A DNA stretch of 64,000 nt from Deltaproteobacteria bacterium (GCA_038150265.1 JAYOTF010000004.1:32001-96000); one strand, 5' to 3'. Counted from the first letter of the stretch, positions 18,334-29,392 are shown. The notes: a model not told the origin generated them from the sequence alone. A program made the numbers and translations.

Positions 18334-20067
18334 ATGTCCCTTCCGCGTTCCGAATACCCGCGTCCTCAACTGCGCCGCTCCCGCTGGCTTTGCCTCAATG
18401 GCGAGTGGACGTATGCCTTTGACTTTGCCTGTTCCGGAGCGGAGCAGGGCTGGGCGCATTCTCAGGGATTTGACCAAACCATTCAGGTTCCTTTTTGTCC
18501 AGAAAGCGAACGTTCCGGAGTGGGCTACACGGACTTCATTCCGTCCCTTTGGTATCACCGCACCGTGGAGGTGCCAGAAGCCTGGGAAGGCTCTCGCATT
18601 CACCTGAACTTCGGGGGCGTGGACCATCACTGTGTCGTCTACCTCGATGGTGTTCGGATGGGCGAGCACTGGGGCGGCAGCGTCGGCTTCACCGTCGACC
18701 TCAGCCCGCAGGTTCGTTGCGGCACCACGCATCACCTGGTAGTTCAGGTGGAGGACCACCCACGGACCCGGCAGCAGCCATGCGGCAAGCAGAGCCTCAA
18801 GTGGAACTCCCACGGGTGCTACTACACGCGTGTGACCGGTATCTGGCAAACCGTCTGGCTCGAGCCGGTGGCGCCGTGCGGCGTTGAAAGCCTTCAGGTG
18901 CTGCCCGACTGGGATCAGGGGCAGTTTCACTGGATTCCCCGTTTTTGGGAAACCCCACTGGGCGCCACCGCTCATTACAAGCTGCTGAGTCAGGGAAGGC
19001 TGCTTGCCGAAACACGGGCCCCGCTGCAATCGGGCCTGCCGGTTTCGCTGCATCCGCCCGAGCCCCGGGCGTGGTCTCCCGACGACCCCTTTCTGTATGA
19101 CTGGGAGCTGGACCTCTATGATCCGGACGGGGAGTTGGTCGAAACCGTGAGCGGGTACGCCGGGCTGCGGAAGATTCACTGGCAGGACGGCAAGCTGTTC
19201 CTCAACAACGAGCCCCTCTACCTGCGGCTGGTGCTCGATCAGGGCTACTTTCCGGAAGGGCTCTGGACCGCGCCCACCGACGATGACCTGCGACGCGACA
19301 TTGAACTCGGACAGGCCGCAGGCTTCCACGGCGCCCGCCTGCACCAGAAGGTGTTTGAGGCACGCTACCACTACTGGGCCGACCGCCTGGGCTACCTGAC
19401 GTGGGCAGAAGCCCCGAGCTGGGGCCTTGAGGAAACCGACCCGGTTGCAGCCCGGAACTTCCTGAGCGAGTGGCAGGGCATTGTGGAGCAGGTCCGGAAC
19501 CACCCCTCCATCATCGCGTGGACGCCTCTGAACGAAACTCAGTTTCAGCAGGCCAGTCCGGAGCAGCGACGCTTCACCGAAGACGCCTATGCCCTCACCC
19601 GACAGCTGGACCCCACCCGTCCCATCAACGATGCCAGCGGCTGGGTTCACGTCAAGACCGACCTCTGGACCGTTCACTGCTACCAGCAGAATCCGGCCGA
19701 GGTGCAGGCGCTGCTGGAGCAGGAGCCACGCTTCCGCAACTACCCGGACCTCGAGCCCGCCTACGCGGGGCAGCCTTACCTCGTTGATGAATTCGGGGGC
19801 ATCTTCTGGAAAACGGAAGGCATTCCGGAGGGGTCCTGGGGCTACGGCGAAGCGCCTCAGACCCTGGCAGAATTCTATGAACGCCTGGAGGGACTCCTCC
19901 GGGTGATCCTCCAGCAGCGGCATGTGGTCGGGTACTGCTACACGCAACTCACGGATGTCGAGCAGGAGTGCAACGGGCTGTACACCTACCACCGGACCCC
20001 CAAGTTTGACCTCGACCGGATCGCCCGCCTCTTCCAGCAGCTTCCGGCCTCAGACGACGCGTCCTGA
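18334..20067 (+). CDS. Glycoside hydrolase family 2
   Basis: EYPRPQ..WLCLNGEW, GIWQTVWLE, VLDQGY, NHPSIIAW..LNE (acid/base), DEFGG (nucleophile), YTQLTDVEQE. Confidence 0.92.
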   Translation: MSLPRSEYPRPQLRRSRWLCLNGEWTYAFDFACSGAEQGWAHSQGFDQTIQVPFCPESERSGVGYTDFIPSLWYHRTVEVPEAWEGSRIHLNFGGVDHHCVVYLDGVRMGEHWGGSVGFTVDLSPQVRCGTTHHLVVQVEDHPRTRQQPCGKQSLKWNSHGCYYTRVTGIWQTVWLEPVAPCGVESLQVLPDWDQGQFHWIPRFWETPLGATAHYKLLSQGRLLAETRAPLQSGLPVSLHPPEPRAWSPDDPFLYDWELDLYDPDGELVETVSGYAGLRKIHWQDGKLFLNNEPLYLRLVLDQGYFPEGLWTAPTDDDLRRDIELGQAAGFHGARLHQKVFEARYHYWADRLGYLTWAEAPSWGLEETDPVAARNFLSEWQGIVEQVRNHPSIIAWTPLNETQFQQASPEQRRFTEDAYALTRQLDPTRPINDASGWVHVKTDLWTVHCYQQNPAEVQALLEQEPRFRNYPDLEPAYAGQPYLVDEFGGIFWKTEGIPEGSWGYGEAPQTLAEFYERLEGLLRVILQQRHVVGYCYTQLTDVEQECNGLYTYHRTPKFDLDRIARLFQQLPASDDAS

Positions 20068-20319
20068 CGTCATGGGCTCGCCGGCCCCCGGTGAGCCGAC
20101 GTCCCCTCCAACCGGGTCGACCTCCTCGGCCCTCCGGTTTGGTGCGGCTCACTGCTGTTGTTCTTCTCGAGCCCATCCCTTCATGTTACGCTGAAGGCCA
20201 GCCCGGCATTCCGCTCCCTCCGGACGTCCCGGGGCGCCACAGCGGAAACAGGCCAAACGTCCCTGAATCCTCACGCTTGCGAACCCGACCCAGGCGTCTG
20301 TTCCCGAAAGCCCATCACC

Positions 20320-20670
20320 ATGCACCTGACTGTCAGCGCCAACGGCATCACCGTCGCCTATGCCCTCAACCGCAGTGGAGCCGCCAGCGACCTCCTCGCC
20401 CAGCTGCCCCTGTCCTCTCCGGTGAAGGATTATGGCGGCATCGAAAAGATCTTCTACCCCCCTCAGAAGCTCACCACCGCCCACACCCCACTCGTTCAGC
20501 AAGCCATGCCGGGAACGCTCGCGTACTATGCTCCCTGGGGGAACGTTGTGCTGTTTTACGGGAATTTCGGGGCGGCGGCCGGTCTGTATGAACTCGGACA
20601 CGCGGTGTCCGGGACAGACTGGATTCCCCGGCTTCAGGGGACCCTCCGCGTGGAAGCCCACGAGGAGTGA
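20320..20670 (+). CDS. Cyclophilin-like fold protein
   Basis: LAQLPL...DYGGIEKIFY...GTLAYYAPWGNVVLFY...GLYELG. Confidence 0.85.
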   Translation: MHLTVSANGITVAYALNRSGAASDLLAQLPLSSPVKDYGGIEKIFYPPQKLTTAHTPLVQQAMPGTLAYYAPWGNVVLFYGNFGAAAGLYELGHAVSGTDWIPRLQGTLRVEAHEE

Positions 20671-20687
20671 GGGCTGTGGGGGAGGGG

Positions 20688-22166
20688 CTACAGCGTCGTG
20701 TCCTTGAAGCGGGAACGACGGTGGACAAACGCCGGCCAGGGCTCGCCCTGTGACGTGTAGGCCTGCAGCAGGGTGAGGGCCTCCTGAACGCTCGGCTGCT
20801 GCTCCAGTGGCGGCACCGTATCCGCCTCCGGATCCAGCTCCTCCTTCACCAGCACATCCGGAAGCAGGCCCTTCTCATGGAGCGAGGTCCCATCCGGAAG
20901 CCGGTACTCGCCAATCGTCACCTTCACACCGGCGCCCGACTCGGTTTCCCAGGCCGACTGAATCGTGCCCTTCCCATAGGTCTTCTCTCCCAGCACCAGT
21001 GCCCGCTGATGCTGCTGAAGCGCGGAGGCGAGGATTTCTGAGGCGGAGGCACTGTTCCGGTTCACGAGCACCACAACGGGAACCGTGTTCCAGCGTTCCG
21101 GGAGGAACAGGCTCTGGGAGCGGTGCTGCTGCGAAGAAATGGTCGTGGACGCCTCCACAATCAGCTGGTCACGCGGAAGGAAGAGGTCACTGATTTCCAC
21201 AGCCGTCTCCAGCAGGCCTCCGGGGTTGTCACGCAGGTCGAGGATCACGGCCTCGCTGCCTTCCAGATCTCCGAGCTTCCGGACCAACTCCTGCGCCGAC
21301 CCCTGCTGAAAGGTGTCGAGGTGCGCAAACTGGACCGTACCGGTCGCCGTCTGCAGCGCACTCATCTGCAGGCTGTCCGCCTGCACCAGCTCGCGCCGCA
21401 GCTGCAGCACCAGGGCCTTCTCTCGCCCTTCGCGTTCCAGGGTCAGGGTCAGCAGCGTCCCGGGCTCTCCCTTGAGCTCTTCAAGGATGCGCTCCACGGT
21501 TTCAGCAGTGACGGCTTCACCATCCACCCGCAGGATGCGGTCGTCTGCCTGAACGCCCGCTTTTTCTGCAGGCGAGTCCGGAAAGATGTCCACCACCAGC
21601 AGCCTTCCGTCTTCCTCTCGAACCAGAATGCCCACCCCGGCGTAACGCCCGATGACGCTGTTCCGGAAGGCCTCAAACTCGTTGGGGGCAAACACGACGG
21701 TATGCGGGTCCAGCGCCGAAGTCAGGCCTGTTGCCAGCGCCAGTTCCAGCGGTTCCGAGTCCGGCGCCGCCTGCTGGTACCGCCCAACGGCTTCCTGCAG
21801 AAAGTCGTTCAGGTCTTCCAGTGACTGCAAGCGCCCGGAGGTCAGCAACGTGGCGCCCTCCGCATCCTGCAGCACGCGGGTCCGGCCTGCTTCCACGAGG
21901 GTCCAGCGCAGCTCGGGGAGGTCTTCGGCAACCTGCTTGAATGCGCCTTGCAGCAGCTGGTCCGGCTTCAGGTTGGGCCAGCGGTAGTAGTCGGCTTCCA
22001 GGTGCATGAGGACTTCTGCCAGCAGACGCGAGGGAACGTGTTCGTGGCGGGGCTCCAGCTGATCGGGAGAGTACACGCCCACGCATCCTCCCAACCCGAG
22101 CAGCAGGGTCAGGACCAGCGCGAGGAGGACCCGGGAGAGCGAGGAAAAGCGGAGGTTACGTTGCAT
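20688..22166 (-). CDS. S41 family carboxyl-terminal processing protease (lipoprotein)
   Basis: LDPHT, PDZ domain, ILDLRDNPGGLL, SASASEI, TYGKGTIQ. Confidence 0.92.
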   Translation of the reverse strand: MQRNLRFSSLSRVLLALVLTLLLGLGGCVGVYSPDQLEPRHEHVPSRLLAEVLMHLEADYYRWPNLKPDQLLQGAFKQVAEDLPELRWTLVEAGRTRVLQDAEGATLLTSGRLQSLEDLNDFLQEAVGRYQQAAPDSEPLELALATGLTSALDPHTVVFAPNEFEAFRNSVIGRYAGVGILVREEDGRLLVVDIFPDSPAEKAGVQADDRILRVDGEAVTAETVERILEELKGEPGTLLTLTLEREGREKALVLQLRRELVQADSLQMSALQTATGTVQFAHLDTFQQGSAQELVRKLGDLEGSEAVILDLRDNPGGLLETAVEISDLFLPRDQLIVEASTTISSQQHRSQSLFLPERWNTVPVVVLVNRNSASASEILASALQQHQRALVLGEKTYGKGTIQSAWETESGAGVKVTIGEYRLPDGTSLHEKGLLPDVLVKEELDPEADTVPPLEQQPSVQEALTLLQAYTSQGEPWPAFVHRRSRFKDTTL

Positions 22167-23835
22167 CACGAATCATCAGTTGAACCTTGCGTTGACCCCG
22201 GAACTCGTTGATTCCCAGCGTCACCGCCAGTTGGTTGGGCAGGGCATGCTCAAACGCCTCCGCCAGGTTCCACCCCAGCAGCTCCAGGCTCTGTCCAAGC
22301 TGCCACTTGACGTGACGGTCCTTGAGCGTCTGGAACGGCAGCGTGGGCACCGGGCAGGCGAACACGGGCTCCGGATTGGCCGCCCCAAAGGGTTCCAGCC
22401 GCAGCAGCTGCTGCACCAGCGGCAAGCTGAGTTGGTCGGGCTCCACCTGGCCATCAAGCTCCAGCTTGGGCGTGAGCTGGTTGGGCAGGCGGCTGGCGCA
22501 CACCTCGGCAAACTGGTTCTGGAACTCAAGGAGGTGGTCCGGATGCACCGAGCACCCGGCGGCGGCGGCGTGTCCACCGTAACGGACCAACCACTCGGCA
22601 CACGCGTCAAAGGCCTCCTTGAGGTGCAGCTCCGGAATCGACCGTCCAGACCCCTTGAGGAGGCCGTTGCTTTCGCTGAACACGACCACCGGTTTGTGCA
22701 GGCGTTCCACCAGCCGGGCTGCCACAATGCCATTGACGCCCTCATGAAATTCTGGATGAAACACGACCACGCCCCGCTGGTTCCGCTGTCCGGAAGCCAT
22801 CTGGGTGGCCGCAGCGAGCATTTCGTCGCCCAGCTCCCGCCGGCGCAGATTGATCTCATCCAGCTCCTCCGCAAGCCCCAGGGCCTCGTCTTCGTCCTGA
22901 CTCAGCAGCAGATTCACCGCCGGCGCGGCATCCTGCAGGCGTCCCACGGCGTTGATCATTGGGCCATACTTCCACCCCAGCGTCTGGGCGGTCACGGTCT
23001 GAACCTCCTTCAGGCGCTGCAGCACCCGGAAGGAAAGCCGGTGGCCTTCATTGAGCACCTTGAGGCCGTGGTGAACAATCACACGGTTTTCATCAATGAG
23101 CGGCACCACATCCGCAACGGTTCCCAGCGCAGCCAGGTCGAGCAGCAGGCGCAGGTTGGGCTCCGGACGGTCAGCGGTCCACCAGCCCTCTTCTCGCAAG
23201 GCGCGGCGCAGGGCCATCGCCAGCTTGAGCGCCACGCCACATCCGGAAATCTTCTTGAAGGGGTAGGCGCACTCGGGGTGATTCGGGTTGAGCACCAGTC
23301 CCTGGGGCAGCTTCTCCGGATCCGCCAGGTGGTGATCGGTGACCAGGACGGTCATCCCCTGTGCTTCCAGGTCTGCGGTCTCCGGACCAGCGGTGATGCC
23401 ATTGTCCACCGTCACCACCAGGTCGGGCTTCATGGCGGCCACCTCTGCCGCACTGGCCGGCGTGAGGCCATAGCCGTGGTCCACCCGATTGGGAATGAAG
23501 AAGCCCAGGTCGCGGAAGCCACAGGACTGGAAGAAGTCGAGCAGCAGCGCGGTGCCGGTCACGCCGTCCACGTCGTAGTCTCCGAGGATGACGATCCGCT
23601 TCTGCTGGTGCAGGGCATCGCGGAGCAAGCGAATGGCTTCCGGCATGTGCCGCATCAGCAGCGGATCATGCAGCTCGGAGAAGTCAGGGGCCAGAAACCG
23701 CCCTGCCGCCTCCGGAGAGGCATACCCGCGACGGAGCAGCAGCTGAGCGATCAGGGGCTCCAGCCGGTGGGCCTCCATCAGGGCCTGAACCTGGCTGGTG
23801 TCGGATTGGCCGGGGAGGACCCATTCTTTGCGCAT
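22156..23835 (-). CDS. recJ: Single-stranded-DNA-specific exonuclease RecJ
   Basis: GDYDVDG, TVDNG, TDHH, GTVADVVPL..ENR, GSGRS, GGHAAAAG. Confidence 0.96.
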   Translation of the reverse strand: MRKEWVLPGQSDTSQVQALMEAHRLEPLIAQLLLRRGYASPEAAGRFLAPDFSELHDPLLMRHMPEAIRLLRDALHQQKRIVILGDYDVDGVTGTALLLDFFQSCGFRDLGFFIPNRVDHGYGLTPASAAEVAAMKPDLVVTVDNGITAGPETADLEAQGMTVLVTDHHLADPEKLPQGLVLNPNHPECAYPFKKISGCGVALKLAMALRRALREEGWWTADRPEPNLRLLLDLAALGTVADVVPLIDENRVIVHHGLKVLNEGHRLSFRVLQRLKEVQTVTAQTLGWKYGPMINAVGRLQDAAPAVNLLLSQDEDEALGLAEELDEINLRRRELGDEMLAAATQMASGQRNQRGVVVFHPEFHEGVNGIVAARLVERLHKPVVVFSESNGLLKGSGRSIPELHLKEAFDACAEWLVRYGGHAAAAGCSVHPDHLLEFQNQFAEVCASRLPNQLTPKLELDGQVEPDQLSLPLVQQLLRLEPFGAANPEPVFACPVPTLPFQTLKDRHVKWQLGQSLELLGWNLAEAFEHALPNQLAVTLGINEFRGQRKVQLMIRDAT

Positions 23836-24476
23836 CAGGGGCTCTTCTGACGGAACGCCCGAGGCAACAGGTTGCGCTGAGAGAGGGTTCGGTACATCTG
23901 CAGGCAGATCCAGGCATCGGTTGCCGCATAGCTCTGCTGCGAGTCGTCCAGCTCCGGTTTTTCCCAGTTGGACAGCTGCGCCTTTTTGGAAATCCGGACC
24001 CCCAGCCAGATGGCGGCAAGGTTCCGGAGCCCCCGGGTGACAATCTTCATGCTTTCAGCAATATCTGCCAGCTCCACAAATCCCTGCGGTTGGAACATCT
24101 TCAGCTTCTGCAAGGTCCGGATGTCGTCTCGGATGGCAACACCGACTTTCAGAATCTGCGGATCTGCCAACACATCAATGACGGCATCGGGCAGGCCCAG
24201 GGTATTGAGGCGAAAGAGAAAGGCATCATTGACGGTGGACAGCTGCAGCAGGGCCACCGGATAGGACTCGCCCCGCTGAAAGGCCGGACGCGTCTCGGTG
24301 TCAAACCCCAGGCGGCGCTCGTACCGCATCTTCCGGACCGCCGCCTCAACCTGCTCGGGAGACTCAATGATGTGGATGGTTCCGGGAAAGGCAGCCACAG
24401 GGAGTTCCTGAAGCTCTTCTTTGGCAATCCGCTCCGGGTAAGGGGGGGAAGGGGGGGAAGGAAAAGATGTTCGCAA
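23835..24476 (-). CDS. DEDDy 3'-5' exonuclease (RNase D/WRN-exo-like)
   Basis: GFDTETRP, LSNWE, YAATDAW. Confidence 0.9.
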   Translation of the reverse strand: MRTSFPSPPSPPYPERIAKEELQELPVAAFPGTIHIIESPEQVEAAVRKMRYERRLGFDTETRPAFQRGESYPVALLQLSTVNDAFLFRLNTLGLPDAVIDVLADPQILKVGVAIRDDIRTLQKLKMFQPQGFVELADIAESMKIVTRGLRNLAAIWLGVRISKKAQLSNWEKPELDDSQQSYAATDAWICLQMYRTLSQRNLLPRAFRQKSP

Positions 24477-24786
24477 CAGTGGCCCCAGAGTTGAGGTGAT
24501 GAAGGTAAAGGAGGCAAGACCGCCGCAGGGCCGCCCTGTTCCTTGGTTTCAGTCGTGGCAGGATGCTCTCAATTGTGTTGGTCTGGAGGCGAAAGTGGCT
24601 CCGGAGGTCGGGGATCCGGCCAAAAACGCAACTCATCATAATCACTTGCCTGGCTTTGCGCAAGCCTCGGAAACACGCAGGTTTGTCCCCTCCAGACGCA
24701 TTCGCGCATTGCTCGAATGCCCAGGAATCGCTAGGATATGAGGTCAGATTCTAATGCACTCCGGCTCACGGCCCTCAAATCCCAGC

Positions 24787-25881
24787 ATGCTCCTCTTTCG
24801 TTCGCTGTTCCTTCAGCTGCTCCCAGCGTTTCTGCTGTCCACTGGGGTGCTGACGTTTATCCTGTCGATCGATACCGTCTACAAGCTCATCAACCTCATT
24901 GTGGAGCGGGGCGTCGGCGTCGGAAGCGTGGTGCTCATGCTGCTGTACCGCCTGCCGCAGTTCCTCTCGGTGACGCTGCCTCTGGCCATTGTGGTCTCCG
25001 TCTCCCTCCTCATCGTCCGGCTTTCGGCAGACCTCGAGCTGACCGCGCTGAAGGCCTCGGGCTACAGCCTCTGGCGCATTGGGCAGCCCATCTTCGCCTT
25101 CGGGTTGCTGACCACCAGCCTGGCCCTCGTCATCACCCTCTGGCTGCAACCGGCAGGCTATGCCGCCTTTGAAGCCGAGAAGCTCCGGATCCTCAAGAGC
25201 CAGACGGCCCGGACCATTCAGCCCAAGATCCTCAGCTACGACTTTCCGGGGAAGGTCCTGTACGTTCAGGGACGCTCGGAAAACGATCAGCTCTCCGGCG
25301 TCTTCATTGCCGACCGGGACCTGCGCTCCGATTCCATGGTCACGGTTGCCGAAACCGGACGGGTCGAAATTGACGAAAAGGAGCAGGGCCTGTCCCTCAA
25401 CCTCGCCAACGGCACCATCCACCTGGAAGGCACCGAAGGGTCCTACCGGATGATCGACTTCGAGACCTTCCGGTACACCTTCCGCCCCCCCCGGATTGAT
25501 GATGCGGAACAGAACGGACACATCTGGGGGGTCCCCACTGCGCAGCTGCTGCTTCAGTCCAACCAGACCAGCCAGATGGAACTGCTGCTCCGCCTCACCA
25601 CCCCCTGGGCCTGCTTTGCCTTTGCGCTGGCGATGGTGCCCCTGGGCGTCAGCAACCCGCGTCATGGTCGCACCGGAGCCTACCTCCGGGCCCTGATTCT
25701 GGTGCTCGGACACTACATCCTCTGGCTCGGATCCAAGGAGTTGGTGTCTGGCATGAAGCAGACGCCCCATACCCTCTGGTTGCCCCCGCTGGCGATCTCG
25801 CTGTTTGGCCTGTATCAGTTGGTCAAAATCGACCAAAACTCTCGTTCCTTGTTGGAGACCGTTCGTGACTTCTTTCGCTAA
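24787..25881 (+). CDS. lptF: LPS export ABC permease, LptF/LptG family
   Basis: RLSADLELTALKASG motif; 3 TM, periplasmic domain, 3 TM. Confidence 0.85.
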   Translation: MLLFRSLFLQLLPAFLLSTGVLTFILSIDTVYKLINLIVERGVGVGSVVLMLLYRLPQFLSVTLPLAIVVSVSLLIVRLSADLELTALKASGYSLWRIGQPIFAFGLLTTSLALVITLWLQPAGYAAFEAEKLRILKSQTARTIQPKILSYDFPGKVLYVQGRSENDQLSGVFIADRDLRSDSMVTVAETGRVEIDEKEQGLSLNLANGTIHLEGTEGSYRMIDFETFRYTFRPPRIDDAEQNGHIWGVPTAQLLLQSNQTSQMELLLRLTTPWACFAFALAMVPLGVSNPRHGRTGAYLRALILVLGHYILWLGSKELVSGMKQTPHTLWLPPLAISLFGLYQLVKIDQNSRSLLETVRDFFR

Positions 25882-26521
25882 GCACGTCAAGCCCCTGGTG
25901 CTGGCGCTCGCGCTGCTGGTGCCCCTCCCCCTTCTGGCTCAAAGCACCGAAGAGCTGCTGCAGGCGGTGCAGCAACGCTACCTCGCCACCTCGAGCTTCA
26001 CGGCTCACTTTGCACAACGGGACCGCCGGACCGGAAGCGCCCCGCGCGAAGCCGAGGGGCTGCTCAAGTACAAACGCGGCATGATGCGCTGGCAGTATGA
26101 AGCCCCGGAGGAGCAGCTCATTGTCACCAATGGCGACACCCTCTGGCTCTACGATCCGCTGCTGGAAAACGTCACCATTCAGCCGCTGAACAACGTGGCC
26201 ACCGGAACCGCCCTCGCCTTTTTGCTCGGACTCGGAGACCTCGGTCAGGACTTTCAGGTTCAGGAGGTCAGCCAGACCCTCTTCACGCAAGAGCGCGGGA
26301 TGGTGCTGGAGCTCAAGCCCCGGGAGCCTCTGGCCAACCTGGAGCTGATGCAACTGGAGGTCAACCCCGACACCCTGGAGCTGCAGGCGCTTGCCCTGGC
26401 AGATGCGCAGGGAAACGTCCGGGAGATCCGTTTGTCAGAGGTGGCGCGCGAGGTGGAACTGGCTGATGAGGAGTTCCAGTTCGACGTCACGCCGGACATG
26501 GAAGTCATTCAAACCGAATGA
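25865..26521 (+). CDS. lolA: Outer-membrane lipoprotein carrier protein
   Basis: FTAHFAQ, GMMRWQYEAPEEQLIVTNGDTLWLYDP; GTG start after GGAG. Confidence 0.9.
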   Translation: MTSFAKHVKPLVLALALLVPLPLLAQSTEELLQAVQQRYLATSSFTAHFAQRDRRTGSAPREAEGLLKYKRGMMRWQYEAPEEQLIVTNGDTLWLYDPLLENVTIQPLNNVATGTALAFLLGLGDLGQDFQVQEVSQTLFTQERGMVLELKPREPLANLELMQLEVNPDTLELQALALADAQGNVREIRLSEVAREVELADEEFQFDVTPDMEVIQTE

Positions 26522-26528
26522 GGCACCA

Positions 26529-28643
26529 ATGAGTGGTCGACCCGCCATGCGGAAGGAGCTGACGCTCCTCAACGTCTATGCCATTGCCACCGGAACCACG
26601 CTGAGCGCGGGGTTCTTTCTGCTTCCGGGCATTGCCTTCCGGGAAGCAGGACCCGCCATGGTGCTGAGCTACCTGATTGCCGCCATCCCGCTGATTCCAG
26701 CCATGTTCAGCGTTGTGGAACTCTCAACAGCCATGCCTCGAGCCGGAGGCGCCTACTACTTCCTCGACCGCAGCCTGGGCCCGCTGGTTGGCACCATTGG
26801 CGGGCTCGGGACCTGGTTTGCCCTGAACCTGAAAACGGCCTTCTCCCTCATTGGCATCGGGGCCTACCTGAGCATCTTCTGGCCAGAGCTGCCCACCCTG
26901 TGGGTGGCCACTGGGCTGGCCCTTGCCTTTGGGGTGATGAACCTGTTCGGCTCCAAAAAGAGCGGGTCGCTGCAGGTGTGGATGGTCGCCGGCTTGCTCA
27001 CCATCCTCTTCCTCTTCCTCGGAAGCGGGGTGCCGCAGATTCAGCCCCAGCGCTTTGAGGGCTTCTTTGACAAAGGCACCCTCGCCGTGTTTTCCACCGC
27101 CGGACTGGTTTACGTCAGCTACGTCGGGGTCACCAAGATTGCCAGCGTCTCCGAGGAAATCCGGAACCCCGAACGGAACCTGCCCCTTGGCATCTTCCTG
27201 GCCATTGGGACCGCCCTCACGGTGTACGGCGTTGGCGCGCTGGTGATTGTGGGCCTCCTGCCTGGCGAGGAATTGCAAAATGACCTCACTCCCGTGGCCT
27301 CGGCGGCAGGCGTGCTGTTTGGGCCTCCAGGCAAGATCCTCCTGACCTTTGCAGCGCTCCTGGCCTTCTCTTCCGTGGCCAATGCCGGCATCCTCAGCGC
27401 CTCGCGGTACCCCCTGGCCATGAGCCGCGATCACCTCCTGCCCCGTAAATTTGCCCGGGTTGGACGCTCCGGAGCCCCCATTGTGGGCATCTGGGTCACG
27501 GTGTTCGCGATCATTGCGATGATCTGGGCCTTTGATGTGACCAAGATCGCCAAACTCGCCAGCGCGTTTCAGCTCCTCATGTTCTCCCTGCTGTGCCTCG
27601 CGGTGGTCGTCATGCGGGAAAGCGGGCTGGAGTCGTATGACGCCGGATACCGCTCCCCGCTGTACCCATGGATGCAGATCTTTGGGGCCTTTGCTCCGCT
27701 GGTGCTGATTGCTGAAATGGGGCTGCTGCCAATCCTCTTCACCCTGGCCCTGATTGCCTCCGGAGTGGTCTGGTACGTGGCTTATGCCCGCAAGCAGGTC
27801 ATCCGGACCGGGGCCATCTACCACCTGTTTGCCCGCCTGGGCGAATTCCGGGACGTGGGGCTCGACCGCGAACTGCGGGGCATCATGAAGGAAAAGGGCG
27901 CCCGGCTGGAAGATCCCTTCGATGAGGTCGTCGCGCGCGCCACGGTTCTCGACCGGACCACCGGCGAGCCCTTTGAAAAGCTGGCCACGCGAGCCGCCCA
28001 GAACCTGGGCTTCCGCCTCAACCTCGCAGAAGACGAGCTGCTCCGGGAGTTCCTGGAAGGCAGCCGCATTGGCGCCACCCCGATCTCCGGAGGCGCGGCG
28101 CTGCCCCATGCGCGGCGTCCTGGGCTGACTCAGGCCGAGATGGTCATGGTGCGCTGTCAACCCGGAGCCTCCGTCGAGACGCCTGGCCCCAATGGCGAGC
28201 TTCAGGAGACGGGCCCCATCCACGCCTTCTTCTTCTTTGTCAGCCCCAGCGACAACCCCGGGCAGCACCTGCGGATTTTGGCCCAGGTTGCCAACCGGGT
28301 CGATGAAGAGCACTTCCTTGAGGAGTGGCTCTCTGCCACCAACGACCAGGAGCTCAAGGAGGTGCTGCTCCGCAACGAACGCTTCCTCTCCCTGAGGCTC
28401 CAAACCGCCACCCCCACCGCTGACCTCATTGGGCGCGAGTTGCGGGAGGTTCAGCTTCCGGAAGGCTGCCTCGTTGCCCTCATCCGCCGTGGGAGCATCA
28501 CGCTCGTGCCTCAGGGACACACGCAGCTCCGTGAAGGAGACCGCCTGACGCTCATTGGAGACAGCAAAGGCATCCGTACCCTGCAAAATCACTACGGCTC
28601 CGGTGCCTCCACCGGCCAACCCTTCTCCCGACAGGTTCCATGA
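26529..28643 (+). CDS. APC-family amino acid permease fused to PTS EIIA-like and TrkA_C (RCK_C) domains
   Basis: [32 protein letters not shown]; then [19 protein letters not shown] and HLRILA (EIIA); then [27 protein letters not shown] (RCK_C). Confidence 0.88.
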   Translation: MSGRPAMRKELTLLNVYAIATGTTLSAGFFLLPGIAFREAGPAMVLSYLIAAIPLIPAMFSVVELSTAMPRAGGAYYFLDRSLGPLVGTIGGLGTWFALNLKTAFSLIGIGAYLSIFWPELPTLWVATGLALAFGVMNLFGSKKSGSLQVWMVAGLLTILFLFLGSGVPQIQPQRFEGFFDKGTLAVFSTAGLVYVSYVGVTKIASVSEEIRNPERNLPLGIFLAIGTALTVYGVGALVIVGLLPGEELQNDLTPVASAAGVLFGPPGKILLTFAALLAFSSVANAGILSASRYPLAMSRDHLLPRKFARVGRSGAPIVGIWVTVFAIIAMIWAFDVTKIAKLASAFQLLMFSLLCLAVVVMRESGLESYDAGYRSPLYPWMQIFGAFAPLVLIAEMGLLPILFTLALIASGVVWYVAYARKQVIRTGAIYHLFARLGEFRDVGLDRELRGIMKEKGARLEDPFDEVVARATVLDRTTGEPFEKLATRAAQNLGFRLNLAEDELLREFLEGSRIGATPISGGAALPHARRPGLTQAEMVMVRCQPGASVETPGPNGELQETGPIHAFFFFVSPSDNPGQHLRILAQVANRVDEEHFLEEWLSATNDQELKEVLLRNERFLSLRLQTATPTADLIGRELREVQLPEGCLVALIRRGSITLVPQGHTQLREGDRLTLIGDSKGIRTLQNHYGSGASTGQPFSRQVP

Positions 28644-29392
28644 CCCCTCGTACCGATGGACGCACCTCCGACCAGGCGCGTCCCCTGACCCTCACCCCGA
28701 ACTACCTCCTGCATGCCGAAGGCTCGGTGCTGGTGGAATGCGGCCTCACCAAGGTCATCTGCACTGCGTCTGTGGAGCGTGAGGCCCCGTCGTGGCTCCG
28801 AGGCCCTGATGGCCAGCCCCGGCATGGCTGGGTCACGGCTGAATACGGCATGCTCCCCCGCTCCACAGGCACCCGGAAGCGCCGCGAAACCGGAAAGGTG
28901 GATGGCCGGACCCAGGAGATTCAACGGCTCATCGGACGCTCCCTCCGTTCGGTCACGGACCTGGATGCGCTCAAACCCCACGCCATCTGGATCGACTGTG
29001 ATGTCATCCAGGCGGATGGCGGCACCCGGACGGCTTCCATTACCGGAGCCTTTGTGGCCCTGGTCCTCGCGCTCCGGACCCTGCAGGAGAAGGGGCAGCT
29101 GGACACCTTTCCCATTCAGCAGCACCTTGCTGCCATTAGCGTTGGCCTTGTGGCCGGGACCCCCTTGCTGGATCTGAAGTATGATGAAGACCGAGACGCC
29201 GAGGTGGACATGAACGTGGTGATGCTGGAAGACGGGACCTTTGTCGAAGTTCAGGGCACGGCCGAGGGCAAGACCTTCAGCCGAGCCCAGCTCACGGCTT
29301 TCCTCGACCTCGCCGAGGCCGGGATCCGCTCTCACATCTCGGTACAACGCGCCGCCCTGGCCAACACCCTTGCCCTTCCCACGACTTCCTGA
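28640..29392 (+). CDS. rph: Ribonuclease PH
   Basis: [48 protein letters not shown]. Confidence 0.97.
   Translation: MTPRTDGRTSDQARPLTLTPNYLLHAEGSVLVECGLTKVICTASVEREAPSWLRGPDGQPRHGWVTAEYGMLPRSTGTRKRRETGKVDGRTQEIQRLIGRSLRSVTDLDALKPHAIWIDCDVIQADGGTRTASITGAFVALVLALRTLQEKGQLDTFPIQQHLAAISVGLVAGTPLLDLKYDEDRDAEVDMNVVMLEDGTFVEVQGTAEGKTFSRAQLTAFLDLAEAGIRSHISVQRAALANTLALPTTS

Noticed and set aside
24640..24692. c-di-GMP-I riboswitch-like words on the minus strand (GGACAAACC...GCGCAAAGCC)
   Set aside because: No GNRA tetraloop stem or convincing second stem; the resemblance is too weak.
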